From an uncultured Collinsella sp. (GTDB taxonomy: Bacteria; Actinomycetota; Coriobacteriia; Coriobacteriales; Coriobacteriaceae), in contig UQXA01000006.1 of the NCBI GenBank assembly GCA_900544865.1, forward strand, positions 8,673 through 72,672: a stretch of 64,000 nt of DNA, given 5' to 3'. This document shows, one piece after another, positions 32,397 through 50,808 of this stretch (the first letter of the stretch is position 1; every line of letters starts with the position of its first letter). A model generated the notes under the pieces. The model searched no databases, had not been told where the DNA came from, and saw nothing but the letters and a program-made list of their open reading frames with translations. The position numbers were made by a program, and so were the translations under genes.

Positions 32397-34496
32397 TTAG
32401 GCGTTCTTGCTCATGACCTCGTCCACGATGGACTTGGGCGCGGGCTCATAAGAGTCGAACTGCATCGTGTAGGATGCACGGCCCTGGGTCTGGGAGCGAA
32501 GGTCGGTAGCGTAACCGAACATCTCGCCCAGCGGCACCTTGGCACGGATGAGCTTGCTGTTCTTGCGATCCTCCATGCCCTCGATCTTGCCGCGGCGACC
32601 GGAGAGGTTGCCCATAACGTCGCCCATGTACTGCTCGGGGGTCTCAACCTCGACAGCCATGATCGGCTCGAGCAGCTGCGGATCGGACTTCTTGAGGGCG
32701 TCCTTGATAGCCATGGAACCGGCGATCTTGAAGGCGGCCTCGGAGGAGTCGACCTCGTGGTAAGAACCGTCGAACAGGGTGACCTTAACGTCGAGGACCG
32801 GGAAGCCGGCGATAACACCGGTGTTCAGGGCCTCCTGGATGCCCTTGTCGATAGACGGGATGTACTCCTTGGGCACGACGCCGCCGACGATAGCGTTGAC
32901 GAACTCGTAGCCGAAGCCCTCCTCCATCTTCTCGAGCTTGATGACGGCGTGGCCGTACTGACCGCGACCGCCGGACTGACGGACGAACTTGCCCTCAGCC
33001 TTCTCGACGTCGTGACCAGCGGTCTCGCGGTAGGCAACCTGGGGCTTACCAACGTTAGCGTCAACCTTGAACTCACGGAGCAGACGGTCGACGATGATCT
33101 CGAGGTGCAGCTCGCCCATGCCGGCGATAATGGTCTGGCCGGTCTCGTGGTTGGTGGACACCTGGAAGGTCGGGTCCTCCTCGGCGAGCTTAGTCAGAGC
33201 CAGGGACATCTTGTCCTGCTCGGCCTTGGTCTTGGGCTCGATGGCAACGTCGATAACGGGCTTAGCGAACTCGATCTTCTCGAGGACGATCTCCTTGCCC
33301 TCGGCGCACAGGGTGTCGCCGGTGGTGGAGTTCTTGAAGCCGACGCAAGCGACGATGTCGCCGGCGGCAGCGTCGTCACGGTCGATACGCTCGGCGGCGT
33401 TCATCTCGAGGATGCGGCCGAGGCGCTCGCGCTGACCGTTGGAAGCGTTGACAACGTAGGAGCCGGACTCGGCGCGGCCGGAGTAAACGCGGACGTAGGT
33501 GAGCTTACCGACGAACGGGTCGGTCATGATCTTGAAGACCAGGCCGGAGAAGGGCTCGTCGAAGGAAGGATGACGCTGGATCTCCTCGCCGGTGTCCGGA
33601 TCGGTACCGGTGACGGCCTCAACGTCGAGCGGGCTGGGCAGGTAGTCGACGACAGCGTCGAGCAGCTCCTGAACGCCCTTGTTCTTGTAGGCGGAGCCCA
33701 CGAAGACGAGGTTGAGCTCGTTGGCCAGAACGCCCTTGCGCAGAGCAGCCTTGAGCTCCTCGACGGTGAAGTCCTCCTCCATGAGGATCTTCTCCATGAG
33801 CTCGTCGTCAAAGCTGGCAGCAGCGTCGAGGAGCTCCTCGCGCTTGGTGGCAGCGATGTCGGCAAACTCAGCCGGGATCTCGTCCATCGGCTCGGGGTAG
33901 GTCATGCCCTTCTCGTCGGCCTTGAAGTCCCATGCAGTCATGGTAACGAGGTCGATGACGCCCCAGAAGTTGTCCTCGGCGCCCATCGGGACCTGAGCGG
34001 CCACGGCGTTAGCGTCGAGACGATCCTTCATGGTCTCGATAGCGTTGAAGAAGTCAGCGCCCACGCGGTCATACTTGTTGATGAAGGCGATGCGGGGGAC
34101 GTTGAAGGTGGAAGCCTGACGCCAAACGGTCTCAGACTGGGGCTGAACGCCGGCAACGGCGTCGAAGACGGCGACAGCGCCATCGAGGACGCGCAGGCAG
34201 CGCTCCACCTCGGCGGTGAAGTCAACGTGGCCCGGGGTGTCGATGATCTGGATGCGGTAGTCCTTACCGTCCTTGTTCCAGAAGCAGGTGGTAGCAGCGG
34301 AGGTAATGGTTACGCCGCGCTCCTGCTCCTGAACCATCCAGTCCATGGTGGCAGCGCCCTCATGGACCTCACCGATCTTGTGGGTCTTACCGGTGTAGTA
34401 AAGAATACGCTCGGTCGTGGTGGTCTTACCGGCATCGATGTGGGCCATGATGCCGATGTTACGGGTATCGGAAAGCTTGTACTTAGGCTTAGCCAT
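32397..34496 (-). CDS. fusA: Elongation factor G
   Basis: [29 protein letters not shown]. Confidence 0.99.
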   Translation of the reverse strand: MAKPKYKLSDTRNIGIMAHIDAGKTTTTERILYYTGKTHKIGEVHEGAATMDWMVQEQERGVTITSAATTCFWNKDGKDYRIQIIDTPGHVDFTAEVERCLRVLDGAVAVFDAVAGVQPQSETVWRQASTFNVPRIAFINKYDRVGADFFNAIETMKDRLDANAVAAQVPMGAEDNFWGVIDLVTMTAWDFKADEKGMTYPEPMDEIPAEFADIAATKREELLDAAASFDDELMEKILMEEDFTVEELKAALRKGVLANELNLVFVGSAYKNKGVQELLDAVVDYLPSPLDVEAVTGTDPDTGEEIQRHPSFDEPFSGLVFKIMTDPFVGKLTYVRVYSGRAESGSYVVNASNGQRERLGRILEMNAAERIDRDDAAAGDIVACVGFKNSTTGDTLCAEGKEIVLEKIEFAKPVIDVAIEPKTKAEQDKMSLALTKLAEEDPTFQVSTNHETGQTIIAGMGELHLEIIVDRLLREFKVDANVGKPQVAYRETAGHDVEKAEGKFVRQSGGRGQYGHAVIKLEKMEEGFGYEFVNAIVGGVVPKEYIPSIDKGIQEALNTGVIAGFPVLDVKVTLFDGSYHEVDSSEAAFKIAGSMAIKDALKKSDPQLLEPIMAVEVETPEQYMGDVMGNLSGRRGKIEGMEDRKNSKLIRAKVPLGEMFGYATDLRSQTQGRASYTMQFDSYEPAPKSIVDEVMSKNA

Positions 34497-34515
34497 GTTA
34501 GTTCCTTACCTTAAC

Positions 34516-34989
34516 TTACCAACGATAGTGAGAGAACGCGCGGTTGGCCTCGGCCATCTTGAAGACGTCCTCACGCTTCTTGACGGAAGCGCCCAGGCCG
34601 TTGGAGGCGTCGAGAATCTCGTTGGCGAGACGCTCGGCCATGGTCTTCTCCTTGCGAGCGCGGGAGAAGTTGACGATCCAGCGGATACCCAGAGCGGTGG
34701 AACGACGGGAGTTGACCTCCATCGGGACCTGATAGGTAGCGCCACCGACACGCTTGGGCTTAACCTCGAGCGTGGGCTTGACGTTGTCCATAGCCTTCTT
34801 GAAGGTAGCGAGAGCGTCGCCACCCTCGGACTTCTCGGCAACGATCTCGAAAGCGGTGTAAACGATGCGCTCAGCGGTGGCCTTCTTGCCGTCAAGAAGG
34901 ACCTTGTTGATGAGCTGAGTCACCAGGCGGTTGTTGTAAACGGCGTCAGGCTGAACCTCACGACGATTAGCTGCTGCACGACGCGGCAT
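34516..34989 (-). CDS. rpsG: 30S ribosomal protein S7
   Basis: [18 protein letters not shown]. Confidence 0.98.
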   Translation of the reverse strand: MPRRAAANRREVQPDAVYNNRLVTQLINKVLLDGKKATAERIVYTAFEIVAEKSEGGDALATFKKAMDNVKPTLEVKPKRVGGATYQVPMEVNSRRSTALGIRWIVNFSRARKEKTMAERLANEILDASNGLGASVKKREDVFKMAEANRAFSHYRW

Positions 34990-35062
34990 GTGAAATCTCC
35001 TTAAGTGTCTACCGTGCGGCGCTTAGGCGGCACACGGCGAAAGTATCAAAACGTTATCTGGC

Positions 35063-35440
35063 TTATTTGGCCTTGGGGCGCTTAGCACCGTACTTGGAAC
35101 GGGCCTGCATACGGTTCTGGACCGGAGCAGCGTCGTAGGCGCCACGGATGACGTGATAACGGACACCAGGGAGGTCACGGACACGACCGCCGCGGACGAG
35201 CACGATGGAGTGCTCCTGCAGGTTGTGGCCCTCACCCGGGATGTAAGCAGTAACTTCGATGCCGTTGACAAGGCGAACACGGGCAACCTTACGAAGAGCC
35301 GAGTTCGGCTTCTTGGGGCTCGTGGTGAAGACGCGGGTGCACACGCCGCGCTTCTGGGAGTTGTGCTGCAGAGCAGCGTTCTTGGACTTCTTGGGCACGG
35401 AACGACGGCCCTGGCGAACCAGCTGGTTAATAGTAGGCAA
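35063..35440 (-). CDS. rpsL: 30S ribosomal protein S12
   Basis: [24 protein letters not shown]. Confidence 0.99.
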   Translation of the reverse strand: MPTINQLVRQGRRSVPKKSKNAALQHNSQKRGVCTRVFTTSPKKPNSALRKVARVRLVNGIEVTAYIPGEGHNLQEHSIVLVRGGRVRDLPGVRYHVIRGAYDAAPVQNRMQARSKYGAKRPKAK

Positions 35441-35533
35441 AGCGTACTCCTTCTCGAATGATTCCAGCTTTCTGTAAAGTGCAACGGCTTGAATCGAGGG
35501 GTCAGCATCCCCCTACGAAACACGCAGTTCGAT

Positions 35534-35562
35534 AGGATACGTGGCGTTAGCTGTGCCGTCAA
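35534..35562 (-). promoter_or_regulatory. Sigma70-type promoter of the str operon
   Basis: TTGACG-17 nt-TATCCT on the minus strand upstream of rpsL. Confidence 0.6.
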
Positions 35563-35646
35563 CAGACCACGCCGCCGGGCGTATCCTAAAATACCCACAT
35601 TTCCGCAAAGCCTACACAAAAGGAATCCCCTTTCTGTGCGCGTGGG

Positions 35647-35787
35647 CGGATTCCCGGTCCGGGCGGCACAGGGGTTAAGTTTGCTGCTCTACAGTCCTGG
35701 CTCGCACGGAGGCCACATTAAGTGGCCTCCGGCTCGTGCGGAACTCGCGACAAACTTAACCCCTGTGCCGCCCGGCCCGGGAATCCG
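35647..35787. repeat. Long palindromic element copy 2
   Basis: 37-bp arms (1 mismatch) 35647-35683 / 35751-35787 around a 67-nt core. Confidence 0.92.
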
Positions 35788-35993
35788 ACGTGCTCGTTGG
35801 GGCAACGTTCCCTTCCAAATAGGGACAGGTTTATTATGGTCGGTTTTATCTGGGGAAACGTCGCACTCCAGCGTTGATCTGCTCTCATCTGTCGCATGGA
35901 AATCGGCGGCGTCTTCGGAAGTATATCGCTCGGTCTAACCGTCCATTTAATACAAAATGGGCCGCCTCCCCTAGTAGGAAGCGGCCCCAAATC

Positions 35994-37070
35994 TTACGAA
36001 TAGACGATGGTAAAGGGTTCCGACGTTTCGGCGCCCCCTGTTGAAGTGCAGCGTGTGCCCTCAAGCGTTACTGAGACCACTTGGTCGACATCAATCAACT
36101 TCGTTGGCACCCAGATGTTCTCTCCGCTATTGCGCGTATAAGAAAAATATAAGTTGAACGCCCCTGCGTCGTCATCTTCGATAATCTGCTCCGATCCATC
36201 CTTGTAGGTAACCGTCAACTTCTTCGTGACTGCGTCAATGCCCAGATCATCGATGTGCGTCTGGATGGAAAACGGACTGATCTCGAGAGACGAGTCACCG
36301 GAGCGGAGTGCCTTTGTATCGACGTACCCTCCAACGCTAAACTCGGGCGTCGATGCTTTAAACCGCCTCGCACTCTCACCTTCGCCCTCGGTCCACTGGA
36401 TATTCCAGGTGACCGCATGTTGAAAACCTCGCTCGCGATCCATAGAAGCAAAGTACATCGTGCCATTAATGACAGCATCGCTTGATGTGTCCTTATCAAT
36501 GGTGCAGCGTGTGTCAGCCCATTCCTCGCCGAAGTTCATGCTGGGCGTGCCGATGCCTTGTTCTTCTTCACCATAGAGAACAAGTTCGCCTGTCTCTGCT
36601 GCCGGCTTGTAGTAGTTAACGCCATTTGGATTGGATAGCGTAAACGTCACAGCACCGCAGCCGTTTTGGTCGATTGCCATCTCATGGATATCAAGCGTAT
36701 AGCCGTTACCCTCGACGGACAGATTAACCTTCTGGACTGTGCCCTCCAGGCTTTGGGGCGCAATGCCGTCACCAAACTCTCTGGTGTAGGTGTATTTAGT
36801 CCCCGATGAGCCACCGTTGGTCCAGGTAATGGAATCCCCATTGCTGTGGTTTCCCCAAGCTGAGGCAAAATAGCCGGAATTGACAACGGCGTAGGCGATC
36901 CCTCCGGTCGCCAACACTCCGGCAAGACATCCGATTACGGCAACATAGAGAGGCTTCGCGTGGCCCTTTCGATGAAGCGGCTCACCCGCAGCAGTATTAA
37001 GGACGCGATCTGCAAGATTGCTATCGGCTTGGATGGACTCGAAGGCCTGCTTGATTTGATTGGATTTCAC
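35994..37070 (-). CDS. Putative membrane-anchored anti-sigma factor
   Basis: Short N-terminal cytoplasmic part, single TM (YVAVIGCLAGVLATGGIAYAVV), large extracellular domain; overlaps the ECF sigma 3' end. Confidence 0.65.
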   Translation of the reverse strand: MKSNQIKQAFESIQADSNLADRVLNTAAGEPLHRKGHAKPLYVAVIGCLAGVLATGGIAYAVVNSGYFASAWGNHSNGDSITWTNGGSSGTKYTYTREFGDGIAPQSLEGTVQKVNLSVEGNGYTLDIHEMAIDQNGCGAVTFTLSNPNGVNYYKPAAETGELVLYGEEEQGIGTPSMNFGEEWADTRCTIDKDTSSDAVINGTMYFASMDRERGFQHAVTWNIQWTEGEGESARRFKASTPEFSVGGYVDTKALRSGDSSLEISPFSIQTHIDDLGIDAVTKKLTVTYKDGSEQIIEDDDAGAFNLYFSYTRNSGENIWVPTKLIDVDQVVSVTLEGTRCTSTGGAETSEPFTIVYS

Positions 37071-37539
37071 GGTCGCCCTCCTCTAGGATGAATTTGAGCT
37101 TCGATCGACCACGAGCTAAACGCGTTCGAACGGTCGCGGCTGGCACATGCAGTAACTCGGCAATCTCTTGGGTCGAAAAGCCCAGATAGTAATAGAGCAC
37201 GATGGGAACACGGAATCGCTCCGGAAGTCGCATAACGTCTGACAGGACTGCCTTGGTCTCATCCTGCGCCGCCGAAAGCGAATCGGCCAGGTTCTCAATA
37301 TCCTCCACACGCCTCCATGGCTTTCGAAAGAGCGATTTACATTCATTGATCGTGACCCGAATAAGCCAGCGGCGAAGATGTTCCCAACTTTCAAAGTTTC
37401 CATCGCTTTTAAGCAACTTAAGAAAGACGTCTTGGGCAACATCATCGGCATCGGCGCGATCGCGCAGATACGTCAATGCGATTCGAAACACGACATCCCG
37501 GTGATCTTCGACCGCCTGTCTAAATGTTTGTTCTTCCAT
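37021..37539 (-). CDS. ECF (sigma-70 family) sigma factor
   Basis: DADDVAQDVF, WLIRVTIN, region 4 EIAELLHVPAATVRTRLARGR; start after GGAGG. Confidence 0.93.
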   Translation of the reverse strand: MEEQTFRQAVEDHRDVVFRIALTYLRDRADADDVAQDVFLKLLKSDGNFESWEHLRRWLIRVTINECKSLFRKPWRRVEDIENLADSLSAAQDETKAVLSDVMRLPERFRVPIVLYYYLGFSTQEIAELLHVPAATVRTRLARGRSKLKFILEEGDREIQSNQAGLRVHPSR

Positions 37540-37693
37540 AATCACCTCCCGGTGACGGTACTGATTCTTGATGAGGTCCTCACCATAGATACGCTCTGGC
37601 CGGACGAAATGTTTCAAATTCAAGCAGGAAAGACCTACCAAAATAAACCTGTCCCTTATTGGCAAAAGGAATCCCACTCTGTGCGCGGGGGCA

Positions 37694-37830
37694 GATTCCC
37701 GGAACGGGCCGCCCGCTGTTTAAGTTTGCTGCTCTACAGTCCTGCGCAAGACGGAAAGCACATTAAGTGCTTTCCTTTGCGTGCGGAACTCGCGACAAAC
37801 TTAAACAGCGGGCGGCCCGTTCCGGGAATC
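37694..37830. repeat. Long palindromic element copy 3
   Basis: Perfect 35-bp arms 37694-37728 / 37796-37830 around a 67-nt core. Confidence 0.92.
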
Positions 37831-37861
37831 CGACGTGCTCGTCGGGGTAACGTTCCTCACC

Positions 37862-37898
37862 AAAAAAGACCCGCTCCCCTGTTGAGAAGCGGGTCTTT
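37862..37898 (-). terminator. rpoC intrinsic terminator
   Basis: AAAGACCCGCT...AGCGGGTCTTT with a T6 tail on the minus strand. Confidence 0.8.
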
Positions 37899-37924
37899 GG
37901 AAGGACGGTTAACGTTCTAGGAAA

Positions 37925-42400
<4,476 letters not shown>

Positions 42401-42406
42401 AGTCAA

Positions 42407-45898
<3,492 letters not shown>

Positions 45899-46185
45899 CA
45901 GGTTTTTCCTCCTTCACGGAAATGCTCGGTGGGTTGGCGAGGCATAGCTTCGCCAGTTATCGCAACCTAATAGTTTATCAGGTACCGACCGTTGGGCAAG
46001 AAAAGCCTTGACGCGATTGGGTTTTTGGAGTAGCAAAGTTTTTCGATAGAAAACACGCAGGTAGATGTATGTGTACCGAACATCTGTTCATATATTTTCT
46101 GTGAACAGCGAGCCGGCAATCGCAGCTCTTATAAAAAACGGGCGCGAACCGAGGTCCGCACCCGTAAATGTCGATGCCCGAAGGC

Positions 46186-47094
46186 TTACTTGCGCATCAA
46201 TCCGCCGCGCTCGTCGATGGCGTCCCAGAAGGCATCGGCAAAGCAGGGGTCGCTTGCAGCCATGAGGGCGTTGGTGGCCATCCAGCCAGAGGGAGTGCCG
46301 GTGTCGTAGCCCGACAGTGGGTCGATGACGACGGCATACATGGCCTCGCGGTCGAGCGAACGGGCCATGGCGTCGGTCAGCTGAATCTCGCCGCCCTTGC
46401 CGGCCTGCTGATCTGCCAGCAGGTCCATGACCAGCGGGCTCAGCAGGTAGCGACCGACGATGTACAGGTTGGACGGAGCCGCCTCGGGAGCGGGCTTCTC
46501 GACCAGACCGCCGATACGCCAGACAGCGCCAGGCTCGGCATCGGCAACGTCCTCGGCGCCCTCGAGCGAACCGACGCGCTCGCCGGCGATAACGCCGTAG
46601 CGGCTAACTTCCTCGGGCGAGCAAGCAGCGACGGCGATAACCGAAACTCCACCGTGCTCCTTGGAGACGGCAAGCATCTTGTCGCAGATGTCGCGATTAG
46701 GCACAACGTAGTCGCCCAGAAGAACCAGGAAGTTCTCCCCTGCCACGGCGTCGGCAGCAGAGCGGATAGCATGGCCGAGGCCCTTGGGCTCGTACTGATA
46801 ACGGAAGTCGACCGGCATACCGCCAGCGTGGGCGACGGCATCGGCATAGGCGTTCTTGCCGCGCTCGCGCAGCAGGTTCTCGAGCGAGCGATCGGGCTGG
46901 AAGTAGTTCAGTAGCTCAGGCTTACCGGGAGACATAACGATGATGGCGTCGTCGACTTCCTCGGGGTCGAGCGCCTCCTCGACGACGTACTGAATGACGG
47001 GCTTGTCGAGCACCGGCAGCATCTCTTTGGGCGTGCACTTGGTGCCAGGCAGAAAACGCGTGCCAAGACCGGCGGCGGGGATGATTGCCTTCAT
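46186..47094 (-). CDS. galU: UTP-glucose-1-phosphate uridylyltransferase
   Basis: KAIIPAAGLGTRFLP, PKEMLP, VEKP, GEIQLTDA. Confidence 0.92.
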   Translation of the reverse strand: MKAIIPAAGLGTRFLPGTKCTPKEMLPVLDKPVIQYVVEEALDPEEVDDAIIVMSPGKPELLNYFQPDRSLENLLRERGKNAYADAVAHAGGMPVDFRYQYEPKGLGHAIRSAADAVAGENFLVLLGDYVVPNRDICDKMLAVSKEHGGVSVIAVAACSPEEVSRYGVIAGERVGSLEGAEDVADAEPGAVWRIGGLVEKPAPEAAPSNLYIVGRYLLSPLVMDLLADQQAGKGGEIQLTDAMARSLDREAMYAVVIDPLSGYDTGTPSGWMATNALMAASDPCFADAFWDAIDERGGLMRK

Positions 47095-47347
47095 GTTATT
47101 CAAAGATCCTTTCGCAGGCGCAAAAGCGCCCCATGCGTGCGGCACACAGCCGCAGACCAAATTGCGATACCCAAGCATCTTACCGCTGGAACTATATGTC
47201 GCTACAAGGCAGAGACAATTCTTCAGCAGGTCAACGCAAATTATTGCTCGAATGGTGCAATTTTATTGCCCAACGGCAGGGCGCCCGATACGACGCAAAT
47301 CACAGAACATGGCAGCTTGAGCAACCGATGTCGAGGGACCGAAAAAC

Positions 47348-47381
47348 AAAAAAGACGGGGCTCGCAATGCGAACCCCGTCT
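47348..47381 (-). terminator. rplL intrinsic terminator
   Basis: AGACGGGG...CCCCGTCT with T-run on the minus strand. Confidence 0.75.
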
Positions 47382-47408
47382 GCAAAGAAATCTGGCGAGA
47401 AAGCCTGA

Positions 47409-47786
47409 TTACTTGAGGGTGACAGCAGCGCCAGCAGCCTCGAGCTTCTCCTTGGCAGCCTCGGCGTCCTCCTTCTTGGCACCCTCGAGAACAGCCTTGG
47501 GAGCGCCCTCGACGACCTCCTTGGCCTCCTTCAGGCCAAGGTTGGTGAGCTCACGGACGGCCTTGATGACCTGGATCTTGTTGTCGCCGAAGCCCTCGAG
47601 CACGACGTCAAACTCGGTCTTCTCCTCGGCCTCAGCAGCGCCAGCAGCGGGAGCGGCGACAACAGCGGCAGGAGCAGCGGCGGAAACGCCGAAGGTGTCC
47701 TCAATAGCCTTGACGAGCTCGGAAGCCTCGAGAAGGGTCATTTCCTTAAGAGCATCGATGATCTCATCGGTGGTAAGCTTAGCCAT
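47409..47786 (-). CDS. rplL: 50S ribosomal protein L7/L12
   Basis: [15 protein letters not shown]. Confidence 0.98.
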   Translation of the reverse strand: MAKLTTDEIIDALKEMTLLEASELVKAIEDTFGVSAAAPAAVVAAPAAGAAEAEEKTEFDVVLEGFGDNKIQVIKAVRELTNLGLKEAKEVVEGAPKAVLEGAKKEDAEAAKEKLEAAGAAVTLK

Positions 47787-47888
47787 TTCTAAGTCCTTTC
47801 GGTTTCCGTGCAGATGCACGGAGATCAGTTAAAACACGACGCGAATGCGCCAGGGGTGCGGCGTTGCCGCCGCGGGTGAAAACAGCAA

Positions 47889-48410
47889 CTAGGCTGCCTT
47901 CTGCTCGGAGACCTGCTGGATCGAACGAGCGAGACCAGAGGAAACGCCGTTGACGCAGACAGCGATGTCGCGAGCGAAACCGGAGATGAGACCGGCGATC
48001 TGGCCGAGAAGCTGATCCTTGGTGGGCAGCTCGGCGATAGCCTTAACATCATCAGCGGAAACGGCCTTGCCGTCGGAGATACCGCCCTTGATCTCAAGGA
48101 CGCCCTTGGACTTAGCGGAGAAGTCCTTAAGGGCCTTAGCGGCCTCGACCGGCTCGGACTCGTAGAACACATAAGCGACGGGGCCGGCGAGGATCTCGTC
48201 GAGCTCGGGCTGCTCCTGGTTCTTGAGAGCGATCTTGACCAGGTTGTTCTTGTAGACCTTCATCTCGGCGCCGCACTCGCGAAGCTGATGACGCAGCTCC
48301 TGAGCCTGCTTAACCGTCAGACCGTTGTAGTTGACGACGAACAGACCGGCGTTCTCGGCGATACGGGACTCGATCTCTGCAACCTTGTCGATTTTGTACT
48401 GCTGGGGCAT
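47889..48410 (-). CDS. rplJ: 50S ribosomal protein L10
   Basis: YNGLTV, KVYKNNL; upstream of rplL. Confidence 0.96.
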   Translation of the reverse strand: MPQQYKIDKVAEIESRIAENAGLFVVNYNGLTVKQAQELRHQLRECGAEMKVYKNNLVKIALKNQEQPELDEILAGPVAYVFYESEPVEAAKALKDFSAKSKGVLEIKGGISDGKAVSADDVKAIAELPTKDQLLGQIAGLISGFARDIAVCVNGVSSGLARSIQQVSEQKAA

Positions 48411-48474
48411 GAATTACACCTCCTCGAATTCTTTCCGGGCACGGTCCGCCACAAGGACGTGACGGGGGCATGTC

Positions 48475-48605
48475 CAAAAAGAAAGCCCCCGCGCTGCATG
48501 AGCGACGGGGGCGAGAAGACATATCTACTCGACCACCTCGGCTGGCGGGATATCCCATTAAGCTCGCGGGCGATGCCCGTTTGCACCGGCTGTCTCTGGC
48601 AGCGG
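48475..48605 (-). ncRNA. L10-leader-like cis-regulatory RNA with attenuator hairpin
   Basis: GAGACAGCCGG...CTTAA...CCAGCCGAGG in the rplJ 5' UTR, followed by GCCCCCG...CGGGGGC-TTTCTTTTT. Confidence 0.7.
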
Positions 48606-48626
48606 ATTCGTGCGTGAACCGAAAGT

Positions 48627-48655
48627 ATTATGGCGGGGACCCCGGCGTCGGTCAA
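48627..48655 (-). promoter_or_regulatory. Sigma70-type promoter of rplJL
   Basis: TTGACC-17 nt-CATAAT. Confidence 0.7.
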
Positions 48656-48854
48656 CGGGCGCGAGGATTCGTACACAAACCCTGCATACGCTCCGGCCGG
48701 GAGGGGCAGGGCGAGTTTTCCGCTCGGTCAAGTCCTGGGCTCGCGCGAAGGCCACATTAAGTGGCCTTCGGCTCGTGCGGAATCTACGGAAAACTCGCCC
48801 TGCCCCTCCCGGCCGGAGCTACGTTGCCTTTGCTGCGAATCCTCGTGTCCGTTG
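48652..48854. repeat. Long palindromic element copy 4 (variant core)
   Basis: Perfect 33-bp arms 48690-48722 / 48787-48819, 64-nt core, plus imperfect outer arms. Confidence 0.88.
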
Positions 48855-48914
48855 AGCGACGCGCCCCACTCATAATGCTTGGGTCGGTGGGCTGATGTGT
48901 TGCGTCCCGTTGGG

Positions 48915-50051
48915 CTATAAGGTTGAAATGAAGGTGGACAGGCGATTTAGGCCTTCGTCCAGATCTTGGTCGGAGACGCAGTAGCTTAGGCGGATGTGGC
49001 CTTCGGTGCCGAAGCAGTCTCCGGGGACTAGGGCTACGTTGGCCTCTTCGATGGCTTTGATACAGAAGTCTTCGCTGGTTAGGCCGTACTGTTTGATGCT
49101 GGGGAAGGCGTAGAAGGCGCCTGCCGGCTCTACGACGTCGAGGCCCATGGCGTCTAAGGCTGCGAGCACGCGTTCGCGGCGGGCTCGGTAGACTTTGAGC
49201 ATGGGGGTTGGGTCGACGGTCAGGGCTCGGGCCGCGGCGTCCATCTCAAAGGAGACGGCGCTCGATACTAAGTATTGGTGGGCCTTGGCAATCTCGGCGA
49301 TGACGGGGGCTGCGGCTGCGAGCCAGCCCAAGCGCCAGCCGGTCATGGCCCAGGGCTTGGAAAAGCTCTCGATGATGACCGTCTGCTCGCGCAACTCCGG
49401 GTGGCGCTGGGCAAATCGCTCGTAGCCATCCACATAGACCAGACGGTTGTATACGTCGTCGCAGACTACGTAGATGCCCGCCTGCTCCGCTACGCGCGCC
49501 ACGGCATCGAGCGATGCTGCGTCGAGGATGCAGCCCGTGGGATTGTTAGGCGTGCAGATGACGATGGCCTTGGTCGCCGGCGTCATGCAGGCACGAAGCG
49601 CCTCCTCATCGATCTGAAATTGCGCGGGCTCCGTATCCAAAAAGACCGCTTTGGCATGATTGGCCACGACGATGCTCTCGTACAGGCCAAAGGCCGGCGT
49701 GGGGATGATGACCTCGTCGCCGGGGTTGAGCATAGCCATAAATGTTGCCGACAGGGCCTCGGTCGCGCCGTCGGTCAGGATGACCTCGTCGGCCGAAAAC
49801 GTAAGGCCCGCATCCCCCATGTAGGCAGACAGCGCTTCGCGCAGAGCGGGGCGACCGTTGTTGGGCGGATAGTGTGTGTCGCCGCGGTCCAACGAAGCGG
49901 TCACCTCGGCGCTAATCACGTCGGGCGTGGGAAAATCGGGCTCGCCGAGCGCAAGCGCGATGCACCCTGGGTGCTGGGCAGCGAGCGCGTTAATCCGACG
50001 GATGCCGGAGGGCTTGAGCGTGGCAAGCGAAGTATTCATGGGCAGGCGCAT
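48915..50051 (-). CDS. PLP-dependent class I/II aminotransferase
   Basis: LGEPDF, TPNNPTG, DDVY, SFSKPWAMTGWRLG. Confidence 0.94.
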   Translation of the reverse strand: MRLPMNTSLATLKPSGIRRINALAAQHPGCIALALGEPDFPTPDVISAEVTASLDRGDTHYPPNNGRPALREALSAYMGDAGLTFSADEVILTDGATEALSATFMAMLNPGDEVIIPTPAFGLYESIVVANHAKAVFLDTEPAQFQIDEEALRACMTPATKAIVICTPNNPTGCILDAASLDAVARVAEQAGIYVVCDDVYNRLVYVDGYERFAQRHPELREQTVIIESFSKPWAMTGWRLGWLAAAAPVIAEIAKAHQYLVSSAVSFEMDAAARALTVDPTPMLKVYRARRERVLAALDAMGLDVVEPAGAFYAFPSIKQYGLTSEDFCIKAIEEANVALVPGDCFGTEGHIRLSYCVSDQDLDEGLNRLSTFISTL

Positions 50052-50144
50052 GGCGTTCCTTTCGTAAGGGTTGCACTAGGATAGCGCGGCGGGGCGCCGC
50101 CGGACGGTGTAACCTAAACGGAAACCAACCGGAAAGGAGGCAGC

Positions 50145-50807
50145 ATGGAGCCGACCGCGCGCGGCGATGTACCAAAAACGCTGCAAAACATTGCGTATAT
50201 CAACATTCCCAATAGCGCCGATCTTGAGTTTTTGCTCTGGGACCTGCAGGATGCCATCGCCGCCTATGCTCAACTTTCCGGCACCGCACTCCCCCGCCCG
50301 GTCGACTTGAAGGCAAATGACGCCGGCAGCGTTGCCGATGGCATCGTGCTGGCCATTGAAGATATGGCTGACGACGAGGCGTTGACTGCTATCGAGCAGG
50401 CGCTTGAGCACTTTGGCAGCACGGGAACGCGTGTCTATGCCGTGATTCGAGCCGCACAAGAGGGCGCTGAGCAGGCGCGTGGGACCGCCGTTCGCCTGCA
50501 CAAGGCATGTGAGCGCCATGACCAATTGTGGTGTGGCGGCGTTGCCATCTGCGCCGGCGGCGGCATCGCAGCGCTTCGCCATTCCCCACGCATGGGCCTC
50601 TTGCGCCGACCATTTTCGGAAGCGATGGATAAGCTTGTGGGCGCTGTGCGCATGGGCTGCTCCGTCGAGCATGCACAGCGACTTGGCGGCGGCAATGCCG
50701 CCAACGTCGACGCCGACGGCATGGTTTGCGCCGAGCCAGCCGTGCCCGCGCCGATCTGGCGAGGCGTTCTGAAACGTCTGGGCACCCACGCTCAAACAAA
50801 AATCTAA
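50145..50807 (+). CDS. Hypothetical protein (possibly degenerate flavodoxin-like fold)
   Basis: AAAGGAGG RBS, 220 aa ORF filling the gap; no clear motif. Confidence 0.6.
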   Translation: MEPTARGDVPKTLQNIAYINIPNSADLEFLLWDLQDAIAAYAQLSGTALPRPVDLKANDAGSVADGIVLAIEDMADDEALTAIEQALEHFGSTGTRVYAVIRAAQEGAEQARGTAVRLHKACERHDQLWCGGVAICAGGGIAALRHSPRMGLLRRPFSEAMDKLVGAVRMGCSVEHAQRLGGGNAANVDADGMVCAEPAVPAPIWRGVLKRLGTHAQTKI

Positions 50808-50808
50808 A

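Noticed and set aside
35994..37539. IS or prophage cargo
   Set aside because: No transposase, integrase or phage gene anywhere in the window.
48915..49320. Diversity-generating retroelement variable region
   Set aside because: No reverse transcriptase or template repeat; the bias is toward A at third codon positions rather than variation at adenines.
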